Shown in pieces: positions 20,656 to 28,977 of a stretch of 64,000 nt of DNA. Source of the DNA: an uncultured Chitinophagaceae bacterium (GTDB taxonomy: Bacteria; Bacteroidota; Bacteroidia; Chitinophagales; Chitinophagaceae); the NCBI GenBank assembly GCA_964236235.1, contig CAXSDW010000003.1, positions 22,100 to 86,099 of the forward strand, given 5' to 3'. The position numbers were made by a program, and so were the translations under genes. Position 1 is the stretch's first letter, and each line of letters opens with the position of its first letter. The notes beneath the pieces were generated by a model. That model had not been told where the DNA came from. It saw only the letters and a program-made list of their open reading frames with translations, and searched no databases.

Positions 20656-21537
20656 TTAATCCCATTCTTTTTCTTCCAACAATTGTTGCTTAGCCACCCT
20701 GGCACAAATAAAGATGGAAATTTCATATAAGAGTATTAACGGAATAGCTACAATAGTTTGACTGGTCCAATCTGGAGAAGGTGTAATAACGGCAGCGACT
20801 ATTAAAATTACTACATAAGCATATTTACGGTAAGTTCTTAAGAACTGCGGAGATATAATTCCTATTTTAGAAAGTATATAAGCCATCACAGGAAGCTCAA
20901 ATGCAATACCACAGCCAATTATAATATTCACCAGTGTATCAATATAATCTTCCAGGCTGGGCAAATATGTTTGAGCGCCTACTGTGCCTAATTTAAATGA
21001 GGCTAAAAAATTAAATGTAAAAGGCGCTAATAAGTAATACCCGAATGCCCCACCTGTAAAAAAACAAAGCGAAACCCAGCCAATACTGCCTCTTGCGTAC
21101 TTTAATTCTTTGGAAGATAATGCCGGCTTAACGAACCGCCATAATTCCCAAAATAGATAAGGAAATGCAATAATCAATCCGCCCATAAAACAAATATCAA
21201 TGGCAGAAGTGAAAGAGCCGCTAACAGTGTTTATCAGCAAAGAAATTTTAACGGGCGGCATGCAAAGTGTATCACCTAAATGAAGTGTATGCCCAAGGTT
21301 ACATAAAGCCCTGTAAGTTATAAAATCTTGCCGTGCCGGAGCATAAATTATGTGATCAAATATCCAATCTATAAATACAAATATTAATATTGCGGCAAGA
21401 ACCAGTGCAATTGCAGAGCGCACTATATGCCATCTTAAAACTTCAAGATGATCAATAAAGGACATCTCAGATTTCTCATCATCCCTTCCGCGGATCTTTT
21501 TAAAAAATGATTTTCGTTCTGCTGCTTCTACACTCAA
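20656..21537 (-). CDS. tatC: Twin-arginine translocase subunit TatC (start uncertain; TTG 21537 preferred over the track's 21612)
   Basis: MSFIDHLEVLRWHI, FWELWRFVKPAL, FELP, AAVITPSPD, PLILLYEISI. Confidence 0.93.
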   Translation of the reverse strand: MSVEAAERKSFFKKIRGRDDEKSEMSFIDHLEVLRWHIVRSAIALVLAAILIFVFIDWIFDHIIYAPARQDFITYRALCNLGHTLHLGDTLCMPPVKISLLINTVSGSFTSAIDICFMGGLIIAFPYLFWELWRFVKPALSSKELKYARGSIGWVSLCFFTGGAFGYYLLAPFTFNFLASFKLGTVGAQTYLPSLEDYIDTLVNIIIGCGIAFELPVMAYILSKIGIISPQFLRTYRKYAYVVILIVAAVITPSPDWTSQTIVAIPLILLYEISIFICARVAKQQLLEEKEWD

Positions 21538-21656
21538 GCTTTTAAAATTTTCGGTTATAAATACGTAAAGGTAATAATTAAGGTTTGATACATTAATCAA
21601 CTCAGTATTCAAATTATATTAATAGCGCTGAGTATGTAAAATACACAATCGTCCGC

Positions 21657-21687
21657 AAAAAGAAAGGCCCCTGTAGAAACAGGGGCC
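21657..21687 (-). terminator. Intrinsic terminator
   Basis: Perfect 9-bp GC-rich stem 21666-21674/21679-21687, 4-nt loop, U-tract on the minus strand. Confidence 0.85.
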
Positions 21688-21735
21688 GTTTACCAAAACT
21701 AACTGCTTATGAGAAAATTGACTTTTAAACTTATG
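21657..21735 (-). ncRNA. Candidate ~80-nt small RNA with sigma54-type promoter and intrinsic terminator
   Basis: TGGCATTTGTTTTGT at 21761-21747; core TTTTCTCATAAGCAGTTAGTTTTGG; hairpin GGCCCCTGT-ttct-ACAGGGGCC followed by TTTCTTTTT. Confidence 0.5.
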
Positions 21736-21746
21736 CTTTATACTTT

Positions 21747-21761
21747 ACAAAACAAATGCCA
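21747..21761 (-). promoter_or_regulatory. sigma54 -24/-12-like element
   Basis: TGGCA-TTTGTT-TTGT against consensus TGGCA-N6-TTGC. Confidence 0.55.
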
Positions 21762-21820
21762 AAAAATTGGCTCACACGTTAAGGAAAAATAAACAATTTT
21801 AAAGTGCTAAAGCATGTAAA

Positions 21821-22885
21821 TTAATTTTGAGCAGTTAGCTTTTCTGCATTTTCAGCAAATTGTAATGCATCAATAAATTCCTGTATATCTCCATTTAATA
21901 CATTGTTTAAATTGTAAAGAGTGAGCCCGATACGATGATCGGTAACACGTCCCTGCGGAAAGTTATAGGTTCTTATTTTTGCCGACCTGTCTCCTGTGCT
22001 TACAAGGCTTTTCCTGTGACGGGAGATTTCTTCTTCCTGTTTACGAACAGTTTCCTCATACAACTTCGTCCGCAGCATCTGCATTGCTTTTTCCCTGTTA
22101 CCAAGTTGTGAGCGCTCTGTCTGGCATACTACAACAATCCCGGTAGGTATATGAGTTAAAAAAACTTTAGTTTCTACCTTATTTACATTTTGACCACCGG
22201 CACCGCCGCTACGGGCAGTTTCCATTTTTACGTCGCTTTCCTTTACTTCTACATCTACCTCATCAGCTTCCGGCATCACAGCTATAGTGGCGGCGCTGGT
22301 ATGTACACGTCCGCTGCCTTCTGTATCCGGAACACGTTGTACACGATGAACGCCGCTTTCAAATTTTAATGTGCCATAAACATCCTCGCCTGATACTTCA
22401 ATTTGAACTTCTTTATAACCACCAACTGTACCTTCGCTCTCACTCAGCAGCGCAGTTTTCCATCCCCTGTTTTCACAATATTTTAAATACATACGCATAA
22501 GATCGCCGGCAAAAAGCGATGCTTCGTCGCCACCGGTACCTGCTCTTATTTCCAAGATACAATTTCTTTCATCCTGCGGATCTTTTGGTATCAGCATAGA
22601 CCTGAGCTTCCTTTCCAACTCTTCTTTTGACAGTTGCAACCCGGGCAATTCTTCTTTTGCCATCTCTCTCATTTCGTTATCATCACTATTTAAAACCTCT
22701 CTGTTAAAAGCTATATCATCCAGAATTTTAGCGTATTGATTCTTTACATTTACAATCTTTTCCAGGCTGCGGTATTCTTTACTTAATTGAGTATATTTTT
22801 TATTATCCGATACAATTTCAGGATTAGATAATGCAATACCTAACTCATCAAAGCGGGCGTTTATAGAATCCAGTTTATCTAACAT
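21821..22885 (-). CDS. prfA: Peptide chain release factor 1
   Basis: [23 protein letters not shown] (PxT), [23 protein letters not shown]. Confidence 0.97.
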   Translation of the reverse strand: MLDKLDSINARFDELGIALSNPEIVSDNKKYTQLSKEYRSLEKIVNVKNQYAKILDDIAFNREVLNSDDNEMREMAKEELPGLQLSKEELERKLRSMLIPKDPQDERNCILEIRAGTGGDEASLFAGDLMRMYLKYCENRGWKTALLSESEGTVGGYKEVQIEVSGEDVYGTLKFESGVHRVQRVPDTEGSGRVHTSAATIAVMPEADEVDVEVKESDVKMETARSGGAGGQNVNKVETKVFLTHIPTGIVVVCQTERSQLGNREKAMQMLRTKLYEETVRKQEEEISRHRKSLVSTGDRSAKIRTYNFPQGRVTDHRIGLTLYNLNNVLNGDIQEFIDALQFAENAEKLTAQN

Positions 22886-22997
22886 ACCTTAATTTTATTT
22901 TTGCAGCTGCTATCTTTCCAAGAATTATAAGCATTGCGAGCTAATTATTACCTATTTTTTTGACAGTGTTTGCAAAATTAAATCAATAAAATTTCAG

Positions 22998-24176
22998 ATG
23001 AGTTACCGAAAATTTACAGCAGACTTTTTATTTACGGGCAATGATATACTTAATAATACTCACGTACTCATCACAAAAACAAATGGTGAAATACTTTCTG
23101 TTGTAAATAAAACTGAAGCTGGTAATGATGTTGAAGTATTTAAAGGAATTATTACACCCGGGTTTGTAAATGCTCATTGCCATTTAGAGCTAAGCCATAT
23201 GAAAGGGTTAATTCCGGAGAAAACCGGGCTTGTTGATTTTGTTTACAAGATTGTTACAGGACGGCATTTTTTTGAAGAAGAAATATTGTCAGCAATAAAT
23301 AAGGCAGAAGCGGACATGTTGCAAAACGGTATTGTGGCCGCAGGAGATATTTGTAATAATCTTTTAACAGCGCCGGTGAAACAGAAGGCTAACATTGCAT
23401 ACTATAACTTTATTGAGACGAGTGGCTGGCTGCCGGCTTTAGCAAAATCAAGATTTGAAAGAAGCAAAATTTTGTATGATGAGTTTATAAAAATATCTAA
23501 TGATACTTCTATTGTTCCACATGCGCCATATTCAGTTTCAGATGATCTCTGGCAAAATATTATTCCTTTTTTTGAAAACAAAACCGTTAGTATTCACAAC
23601 CAGGAAACTGCTCATGAAGATGAATTCTTTTTTAATGGAACCGGCGACCTTGTTAGAATGTATGAGATGATGAAGATTGATAATTCTTTTTTTGTTCCGG
23701 CAAAGAAAAGCAGTTTGCAATCCTGTTTTCAAAAGTTACAAAAAGCGGCTTCAATAATTTTTGTACATAATACATTTACAAACCAGGCGGATATTGAATT
23801 TGTGCTTAACAACAAAAAAGCTGATCAGCAAATATTTTTTTGTCTTTGCCCAAATGCTAACTTGTATATTGAAAATACATTGCCACCTGTTGAAATGCTG
23901 CTAAAGAATAATTGTAATATTATACTTGGCTCAGATAGTCTTGCAAGCAATCATCAACTTAATATTTTAGAAGAAATAAAAACACTTAATCAATATTTGC
24001 CTCATTTGTCTTTGAATGAAATGTTGCGATGGGCTACACTCAACGGAGCTAAGGCATTACAAATGGATAACATTCTTGGAAGTTTTGAAAGCGGAAAAAA
24101 ACCAGGCATTGTATTGATAGAAAACATTGATAAGTTGGAATTAAAAGCGGATTCTTTTTGCAGAAGAATTTTATAA
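22998..24176 (+). CDS. Metal-dependent amidohydrolase (deaminase-like)
   Basis: PGFVNAHCHLELS, VPHAPYS, IHNQE, LGSDSLASN. Confidence 0.85.
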   Translation: MSYRKFTADFLFTGNDILNNTHVLITKTNGEILSVVNKTEAGNDVEVFKGIITPGFVNAHCHLELSHMKGLIPEKTGLVDFVYKIVTGRHFFEEEILSAINKAEADMLQNGIVAAGDICNNLLTAPVKQKANIAYYNFIETSGWLPALAKSRFERSKILYDEFIKISNDTSIVPHAPYSVSDDLWQNIIPFFENKTVSIHNQETAHEDEFFFNGTGDLVRMYEMMKIDNSFFVPAKKSSLQSCFQKLQKAASIIFVHNTFTNQADIEFVLNNKKADQQIFFCLCPNANLYIENTLPPVEMLLKNNCNIILGSDSLASNHQLNILEEIKTLNQYLPHLSLNEMLRWATLNGAKALQMDNILGSFESGKKPGIVLIENIDKLELKADSFCRRIL

Positions 24177-24190
24177 TCGCTGCAATCATA

Positions 24191-24940
24191 TTATGACAAT
24201 ATCTCGTGTAATATCGGCAACGTTTTCATTGTTCCGAATTCCTGTATATGCAGCGCATAAAATGTTTGCAACACCAAAAGTATTTCACGCCTTGTGTTTT
24301 TATTAAGTTTTATTTCATCAAGTTCATCAGGATGCCTGGCCTTTAATAATTGTGAAATATCATAAGCAGAGTTACCTTCTAAAAAATATGAATGTTCGGG
24401 CGGAAGATTTGTATATAAACCTTCCTGCAGATCTAAAATTGTGTTTTTTTCTGAATAATTATTCTGTATGGCAAAGCCAAAAAAATGAATCAGTTGTAAT
24501 GAAAAATATAAGGGAAAATTCGCTGTAACGGCATCTCCTGCTAAGTCTAACCGCATCAAAGCATCTTCGCTAAATTGAAAAAGATCGGCATTACTTTCCG
24601 GCTGCTTTAAACATTTTTGTAAAAGTTCAATCATATAAACTCCTACAGCATTCCTGGTTATATCAGTTAAAACATTTTGATACATATAGCTCCATTTTAT
24701 TTCTTTGATCCGTTGTAAATTTTTTAATTGATTATGATAAACCTCCATTTCTACAATGGCAGATGGCTGAAATAAATTTCCTTTAGAAGATGTTTTGCCC
24801 GAAGTGCGAATCCCGTTTACTATGTATGATTGAATACCAAATAGCTCAGTAAAAATACTTACCACCAATGATGTTTCGCCATATTTAATAGCACGCAGAA
24901 CAATACCTTTTGTTTTATGAATCATATGTCCTGTGCCCAA
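24191..24940 (-). CDS. recO: DNA repair protein RecO
   Basis: KTKGIVLRAIKYGETSLVV..FTE.FG.QSYIV.G OB-fold; LDLQEG. Confidence 0.92.
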   Translation of the reverse strand: MGTGHMIHKTKGIVLRAIKYGETSLVVSIFTELFGIQSYIVNGIRTSGKTSSKGNLFQPSAIVEMEVYHNQLKNLQRIKEIKWSYMYQNVLTDITRNAVGVYMIELLQKCLKQPESNADLFQFSEDALMRLDLAGDAVTANFPLYFSLQLIHFFGFAIQNNYSEKNTILDLQEGLYTNLPPEHSYFLEGNSAYDISQLLKARHPDELDEIKLNKNTRREILLVLQTFYALHIQEFGTMKTLPILHEILS

Positions 24941-25079
24941 AAAAGGGATTTAAGTTCGCATTAAAGTTCGTTTAATAAGCTTAATTTATAATAGTAAAAG
25001 TCAACTGTTTAAAAGCATGGCTTTTTTGCTGAAAGCAATCTTTATTTAGTTTCTTTGTTATTGCATTAATACCGATATT

Positions 25080-27410
25080 ATGTGGCAACGGCTGGCAAAA
25101 TTTGTTTTACAATTCAGGCTGCCATTACTTATCATTTTATTTTGTATAACGTTGTTGATGGCTTACTTTGCCAGTAAAGTGCAATTGAGCTATGAATTTT
25201 CAAAGGCAATTCCTGTTGATAATCCAAAGTATAAAGAATACCTGTCTTTCAAGCAGAAGTTTGGTGATGATGGTAACATGTTGGTTATAGCAATTCAAAC
25301 AAACAAAATTTTCGGGCTTAATACTTTCAAAACCTTTTCCCAGCTTAATAACAACTTAAAAAAAGTGCCTCATGTAGAGAGTGTTTTAAGTATTACCTCT
25401 GCGATTAATCTTATAAAAAATGTTGAAACAGAAAAGCTGACTTCTACTCTTATTTTTCCGGTAGATATAAATACGCAGCAGCAGCTTGATAGCAGCAGAA
25501 AAGTTTTTTTTTCTCTTCCGTTTTACAAAACGCTTTTATATAATCCGGTAACAAACTCTTATTTAATCGGGGTTCGTATAAATAAGGATATGCTTAATTC
25601 TCCTGCAAGAACTGCCATTGTTAATGATATAATTAAGTTAACTGATGGGTTTTCAAAAGCCACAAATATTTCAACCTATATAAGCGGCCTTCCATTAATA
25701 AGAACACTTGTTGCAGAAAAAATTGCAAAAGAAATGCGCTTGTTTTTAATTGGTTCATTAATATTATACACAATCATTTTATTATTATTATTCCGGTCTG
25801 TAAGCACTACACTAATATCACTGACAGTTGTACTAACAGGTGTGGTGTGGAGCTTTGGAATCCTTTATTTATTTGGCTACAAAATAACTTTATTAAATGC
25901 TTTGATTCCGCCATTAGTAGTTGTTATTGGTATTCCAAACTGCATTTATTTTTTAAATAAATATCATTCAACTTATCGCATTAATAAAAATAAAAACCAG
26001 GCTTTGGTTGATATGGTAAGTAAGATGGGCATTGTCACCTTATTTTGCAATCTCACTGCTGCTATAGGTTTTGCAGTATTTGCTTTTACAAAAAGCGCCG
26101 TTTTAAAAGAGTTTGGAGCAGTGTCAGGAATAAGTATCATGATGATATTTTTCATATCATTCATCCTGTTACCTGCTGTATTAAGTTATCTTCCGGCGCC
26201 TTCACACACTCAAACTAAATATCTTGATAACAAATGGCTCACTAAATTGCTTTTACAATTAGAAAGCTGGGTGCTTAATTATAAGAAGTTTATTTATGCT
26301 ATCACATTGATTATTATTATTCTTTCTGTGATAGGAATTTTCCGCTTACAGAGTGAAGCGTTTATTGTAGATGATCTGCCTAAAACGGATAAAATTTATA
26401 CTGACCTGAAATTTTTTGAAAAGAATTTTAACGGGGTAATGCCACTTGAAATAGTTATAGATACTAAAAAGAAATACGGCCTTGCAGGTGCACGTGCATT
26501 ACCTGTTTTTGAAAAAATAGATTCGCTGTCGCAATACATTACAGCAGGTAAAGAAATGGCACGTCCGCTGTCAATTGCAGAAGGTTTAAAGTTTGCAAAG
26601 CAGGCTTTTTATGAAGGAGACACTGCAAATTATAGTTTGCCTAATTCATTTGACGGCGCTTTTGTTGGTGAATATTTAAAGCCTAAAAAAGATAGTAATG
26701 AGAAAGATGGCTTTACTAAATTACTTACATCATTTATGGATACTGAAAGGCAAAGCACAAGGATAAGTATGAATATGGTTGATGTAGGCACCAAAAAATT
26801 GCCGATCATTTTAAATAAAATCTCAGCACGGGCCAGCCAGTTATTTGACTCATCTAAATTTAATGTGAGGCTAACTGGCAGCAGCATTACCTTTTTAGAA
26901 GGCAGCCGTTTTATCATCAATGGCTTAAAGGAAAGTATTCTCTGGGCATTTTTACTGATCGCTTTATGCATGCTGTATCTATTTAAATCTGTTCAAATTC
27001 TTTTTTGTTCTCTTATTCCAAATGTGATTCCTCTAATTGTTACTGCCGGTATAATGGGCTGGGCTGGCATTAGGTTAAAACCTTCTACAGTACTGGTTTT
27101 CAGCGTGGCGTTAGGAATTGCAATTGATGTTACTATTCGCTTTTTGGTTAATTATAAGCAGGAATTTGCGAACAATAATAATAACGTTTTAAATACAGTA
27201 ACGCAAACAATAAAACACACTGGTCTTAGCATTTTATACACTTCAATGGTTTTAATAGTTGGATTTATTATTTTTTGTTTTAGTGAATTTGGCGGCACAC
27301 AAGCATTGGGTTGGCTTACTTCTGTTACGTTGTTTGTAGCAACTATTACAAATCTTATTTTGCTTCCGGCATTGCTTCTTTTAATAAACCAAAATACTTC
27401 TGGTAAATAA
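25080..27410 (+). CDS. MMPL/RND-like transporter
   Basis: Duplicated 6-TM halves, G.P...T, VVVIGIPN, ALGIAIDVTI. Confidence 0.85.
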   Translation: MWQRLAKFVLQFRLPLLIILFCITLLMAYFASKVQLSYEFSKAIPVDNPKYKEYLSFKQKFGDDGNMLVIAIQTNKIFGLNTFKTFSQLNNNLKKVPHVESVLSITSAINLIKNVETEKLTSTLIFPVDINTQQQLDSSRKVFFSLPFYKTLLYNPVTNSYLIGVRINKDMLNSPARTAIVNDIIKLTDGFSKATNISTYISGLPLIRTLVAEKIAKEMRLFLIGSLILYTIILLLLFRSVSTTLISLTVVLTGVVWSFGILYLFGYKITLLNALIPPLVVVIGIPNCIYFLNKYHSTYRINKNKNQALVDMVSKMGIVTLFCNLTAAIGFAVFAFTKSAVLKEFGAVSGISIMMIFFISFILLPAVLSYLPAPSHTQTKYLDNKWLTKLLLQLESWVLNYKKFIYAITLIIIILSVIGIFRLQSEAFIVDDLPKTDKIYTDLKFFEKNFNGVMPLEIVIDTKKKYGLAGARALPVFEKIDSLSQYITAGKEMARPLSIAEGLKFAKQAFYEGDTANYSLPNSFDGAFVGEYLKPKKDSNEKDGFTKLLTSFMDTERQSTRISMNMVDVGTKKLPIILNKISARASQLFDSSKFNVRLTGSSITFLEGSRFIINGLKESILWAFLLIALCMLYLFKSVQILFCSLIPNVIPLIVTAGIMGWAGIRLKPSTVLVFSVALGIAIDVTIRFLVNYKQEFANNNNNVLNTVTQTIKHTGLSILYTSMVLIVGFIIFCFSEFGGTQALGWLTSVTLFVATITNLILLPALLLLINQNTSGK

Positions 27411-27424
27411 TTGAGACGTTATTT

Positions 27425-27440
27425 GTAGAAATATTTCCAC
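27425..27440. promoter_or_regulatory. Palindromic candidate upstream activator site for the Ku promoter
   Basis: GTAGAAAT-ATTTCCAC near-perfect dyad ~60-75 bp upstream of the -24/-12 element. Confidence 0.45.
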
Positions 27441-27501
27441 GTAGTATTATTTTCTTATTTTTTCATATTTTTATTAATGCGCTATTAATAGTATAATAAA
27501 A

Positions 27502-27516
27502 AGGCATAATACTTTC
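27502..27516 (+). promoter_or_regulatory. sigma54 -24/-12-like element upstream of ku
   Basis: AGGCA-TAATAC-TTTC, 34 nt before the ATG. Confidence 0.5.
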
Positions 27517-27549
27517 TTATACAAATTATTAGATAATCAAACTCATTTT

Positions 27550-28326
27550 ATGCGACCGATTTGGACAGGCGCTATAGGTTTTGGACTGGTAAACATCCCG
27601 GTTAAATTATATAGTGCAACACAATCAAGTAATCTTGATCTTGATATGCTCGATAAAAAGGATCATTCAAACATAAGATTTATGCGGGTGAATGAAAAAA
27701 CAGGCAAAGAAGTTACCTGGGAAAATATTGTAAAAGGATACAAAACTGATAATGATTATGTGATACTTGAGCCAAAAGATTTTGAGGCAGCAAGCGCAAA
27801 AAAAACAAAGACCATAGAGATTTCTGATTTTGTGAAAGAAGAAGAAATAAGCAGCATTTATTATGAAACGCCTTATTACGTTGAGCCCGATAAATCGGGA
27901 ACAAGAGCTTATGAATTATTAAGACAGGCATTACAAAAAACGGGTAAAATTGGTATATCAACATTTGTAATGAGAAGCAAAGAAAGCCTGGCAGTACTAA
28001 GAGCTACAAAGGATTTAATTATTTTGAACAAGATAAGATTTGAAGAAGAAATCCGGGATTTTAAAGACCTCGCATTACCAGAAAAAACTGATGTAAAACC
28101 TGCAGAACTTACAATGGCTGTTTCTCTTATAAACCAACTCACAGGTAAATTTGATATTTCTCAATATAAGGATACATACAATGCGGAACTATTAAAATTG
28201 ATACAGGCAAAATCCAAAGGTGAGAAGATTATAGCTCCTGAAATGAAAGTGGTTCACAGTAAAACAAAAGACCTGATGGCTCAGCTTAAAGCAAGCCTTG
28301 ATGTAAAACGTAAAAAAGCTTCGTAA
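27550..28326 (+). CDS. ku: NHEJ DNA end-binding protein Ku
   Basis: MRPIWTGAIGFGLVNIPVKLYSA, IYYETPYYV.P, AYELLRQAL, DLMAQLKASL. Confidence 0.96.
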   Translation: MRPIWTGAIGFGLVNIPVKLYSATQSSNLDLDMLDKKDHSNIRFMRVNEKTGKEVTWENIVKGYKTDNDYVILEPKDFEAASAKKTKTIEISDFVKEEEISSIYYETPYYVEPDKSGTRAYELLRQALQKTGKIGISTFVMRSKESLAVLRATKDLIILNKIRFEEEIRDFKDLALPEKTDVKPAELTMAVSLINQLTGKFDISQYKDTYNAELLKLIQAKSKGEKIIAPEMKVVHSKTKDLMAQLKASLDVKRKKAS

Positions 28327-28327
28327 T

Positions 28328-28933
28328 ATGGCTCTGACACTTTATAATAAAAAAAGAAATTTTAACGATACACCTGAGCCTTCAGGAAAGTTAACAAAGT
28401 CTGCTTCCAAATTATCTTTTGTAGTGCAACGCCACAAAGCCTCCCGTTTACATTATGATTTTAGATTGGAAATGGAAGGTGTCTTAAAAAGCTGGGCCGT
28501 TCCAAAAGGTCCATCTCTTAATCCGAAAGATAAGCGTTTGGCAATGATGGTAGAAGATCATCCTTATGATTATAAAGATTTCAGTGGCATAATACCTGAA
28601 GGAAATTACGGTGCAGGAATAGTGGAAATTTGGGACGAAGGTTATTATTCTGATCTGGAGAATTCTGAAAAGCCTGTCGCAGAAAAGAACTTGCTGGCTG
28701 GCTTAAAATCCGGGAATCTTAAAGTAAGATTATTTGGTAAAAAGCTTAAAGGCGAATTTGCTTTAGTTAAGCTAAAAGGTAAAGAAGAAAATACATGGTT
28801 ACTTATAAAGCATAATGACGAATATGCAGTTCACGAAGATTACGATAGTGAAAATGATACTCCGGATAACTCTCCCATAAATAAATGGCTTAAAGAAAAT
28901 AAGCAACCCGTTAAAAAAAAACTTCCTTCATAA
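28328..28933 (+). CDS. ligD: LigD 3'-phosphoesterase domain (probable N-terminal part of a recoded LigD)
   Basis: FVVQRHKASRLHYDFRLE, LKSWAVPKGPS.P, EDHP.DY, GNYGAG.V.IWD; ends at an A9 run. Confidence 0.93.
   Translation: MALTLYNKKRNFNDTPEPSGKLTKSASKLSFVVQRHKASRLHYDFRLEMEGVLKSWAVPKGPSLNPKDKRLAMMVEDHPYDYKDFSGIIPEGNYGAGIVEIWDEGYYSDLENSEKPVAEKNLLAGLKSGNLKVRLFGKKLKGEFALVKLKGKEENTWLLIKHNDEYAVHEDYDSENDTPDNSPINKWLKENKQPVKKKLPS
28913..28921 (+). other. A9 slippery run linking the two ligD ORFs in the -1 frame
   Basis: GTT AAA AAA AAA CTT; the -1 frame is open from 28915 and reads KKTSFITSVKQSRQLTSFIKPMLA. Confidence 0.6.
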
Positions 28934-28977
28934 CATCAGTAAAACAGAGCAGGCAACTTACCAGTTTTATCAAGCCG

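Noticed and set aside
21709-21792. Plus-strand 27-aa ORF MRKLTFKLMLYTLQNKCQKIGSHVKEK
   Set aside because: It is the reverse complement of the candidate sRNA and its -24/-12 element (QNKCQ = TGGCATTTGTTTTG read backwards), has no evident promoter, and lies opposite a minus-strand promoter-terminator unit. Ribosome profiling could revive it.
21821-22885. Programmed frameshift in the release factor gene
   Set aside because: The PxT motif identifies RF1 and the ORF is continuous; the CTT-TGA shift belongs to prfB.
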